DNA of 64,000 bases from Octopus bimaculoides (lineage: Eukaryota). Numbering within the stretch: position 1 is the stretch's first letter; every line of letters begins with the position of its first letter. Below, piece after piece: positions 62,351 to 64,000 of the stretch. A program made the translations under genes and the position numbers. The notes beneath the pieces were generated by a model, which had not been told where the DNA came from, did no database searches, and saw only the letters and a program-made list of their open reading frames with translations. The stretch is from the NCBI RefSeq assembly GCF_001194135.2, contig NC_068984.1, positions 15,656,605 through 15,720,604 of the forward strand, written 5' to 3'.

Positions 62351-63101
62351 CATATGTATGTTACCTTCATGAGTGGTTAAAATTCAGTTTTTGGTGAAGA
62401 TAATTACTTTTTCTCTTTTATTGTTTAATGTGAGGAAGAGGTTAGCACCTAATACTTTTCATTTTCTCAGATTTTTCCTAGACTAGTGATGTTGGTATAC
62501 AGTTTCAACTTCTATAAATTAATACCTGTTGTGAAAATATGAACAGGAAGGGTAAAATAGTTCCAGAGGGTTGCATTTCTTGGGGTATAATGATTGTAAA
62601 ATGTATTTCAGTAGAGTTTAGGGAAGAAGATGCAATAGGGATAAACAAAAAAAGGGAGACAGATGTATTGGCTGGGTTAGAGCAGACATGAAATGTAATA
62701 TTGCCAGCATAGAATCAAAGTTATATCATGTATTTGAACCTACAGATTTCACTACTTTTTTTTTTTTAACATAATAGTATTCCAGTTATCATCATACTTT
62801 CTTTTTTTCTTTTACATGCATGTAGCACTAACCAGCATGTTCCATTTGGGTAAGGCTTTATTTGGAGGAAATTTGGTTACTATTTCTAGCAGTTTCAGTG
62901 ATTACAGAGGTTCCTAGCTAGTGTTCATTGCTTACAAAAGTTGGTCATTTGATAAAATCAGTAGATTGGGATGATTGTCCTGAGTTCAAATGTAATAAAG
63001 TGGACTTTGCCTTTAAATATTAAGTATATTAATGTACTGGAATTAAAGCAATCATTTGTACTTCTCATACAGAAGCTAGTACGCTCTGCTGAATGAGTAA
63101 T

Positions 63102-63672
63102 GTTAGAGTGCACACACGACTGAGTGTAAGTGATTTAAGAGGAAAACTGAGTATGAGAGGCATCAGATGTTGTGTGCAAGAGAGAAGACTGTGCTGGTTT
63201 GGTCATGTGATGTGCATAGATAAGGACAACTGCTTAAAGTAGTGCTGATCTCTAATTGTGGAGGGAACCTGTGGAAGGAGTAGACCCAGGAAGACGTGGG
63301 ACAAAGTGGTGATAAAGGATCTTGAGATACTGGGCCTCACCGAGGAAATGACAACAGACTGGGAGTTGTGGTGATTTGCTGTAGTTGAGAAGATACATCA
63401 AGCTAAGTAAAATAGCTGTCCTCCATATATACAAGCTTGTCCTTTACAAGTGCTGGTGCCATGTCAAATGCACTCATGCTGGTGCTGGTGGCACTTAAAA
63501 GTACCCAACACACTCTGTAAAGTGGTTGGCATTAGGAAGGGCACCCAGCCATAAAAAAAAAACATGCTAAAACAGACAACTGGAGTCTGGACAGCTCTTT
63601 GATGGCCAGCTCCTGTCAAACCATCCAACCCATGCCAGCATGGAAAATGGATGTTAAATGATGATGATGATA
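63102..63672 (+). mobile_element. RTE LINE 3' end (decayed ORF, UTR and (GAT)n tail)
   Basis: ERRLCWFGHVMCIDKDNCLK...EGTCGRSRPRKTWDKVVIKDLEILGLTEEMT. Confidence 0.85.
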
Positions 63673-63789
63673 GAAGCTGGTCTTGAGTCTAGCAATTAAT
63701 GTTGATTTTATTTTTAAGAGCTAACCCATCAATTTCTTTTTCTCTGTTCAACAACCTATCTTGATCTTTGCAAACATGACCATAAGCTT

Positions 63790-64000
63790 CATTCCCCACC
63801 ACAGGCAACCCTTTGGCCTTACCAACTGTCAACCTATCACAATCACTTCCACCATCTTAAAGGTAATGGAGACAGTCATTAACAACATCTTCAACACATT
63901 GAAACACTCTTCCTCTTTAGTAATCACCAGTATGGTTTCCATAAAACTAGATCTAATGGAGTCCTGTTCTCCAGTGTTACTTAACCTTGAGAAATTTAGT
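63790..64000 (+). pseudogene. LINE RT fragment (Jockey/CR1 group), runs off the window
   Basis: NCQPITITSTILKVMETVIN, then after a frameshift HQYGFHKTRS (NYRPIS...QYGFR motifs). Confidence 0.7.

Noticed and set aside
11540-62397. Dozens of 60-160 aa ORFs with YIYIYI, CVCV, SLSL or FGRQKLKEA-like text
   Set aside because: They are translations of microsatellites and recurring SINE/RTE UTR sequence.
1-64000. CRISPR array or prokaryote-style multi-gene system
   Set aside because: No repeat-spacer array, operon-like ORFs or intact enzymes; the DNA is repeat-rich eukaryotic intron/intergenic sequence.

Overview
AT-rich eukaryotic DNA from a gapped draft assembly (N-runs at 9340-10077, 30559-30568, 32860-32869, 44199-44539 and 45436-45733). 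The repeat families look like those I recall from Octopus (coleoid cephalopod) genomes; this is an inference, not a database result. No complete or nameable protein-coding gene is visible, and most ORF-track entries are microsatellite, SINE or N-gap artefacts. The window is dominated by tRNA-derived SINEs, 5'-truncated RTE and CR1/Jockey-type LINE fragments, mariner, pogo/Tigger, hAT, piggyBac and Merlin-like MITEs, a non-autonomous Helitron, Penelope-like remnants and microsatellites. CpG decay in repeats is strong at about 1-36.8 kb and after about 57.3 kb, and weak in between. This suggests two methylated gene bodies (mostly intron) around an unmethylated promoter/intergenic block, with a plausible + strand first exon ending at 54621. 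I found no convincing new multi-gene system. The best leads are RNA structures: a minimal hammerhead-ribozyme motif capping a ~140-nt rod (43958-44097), a second decayed hammerhead (12872-12916), and long foldbacks next to candidate splice sites (26052-26801 and 62044-62280). Also notable are a Merlin-like MITE with a telomere-repeat palindrome core and a snap-back hairpin at an RTE 5' junction.
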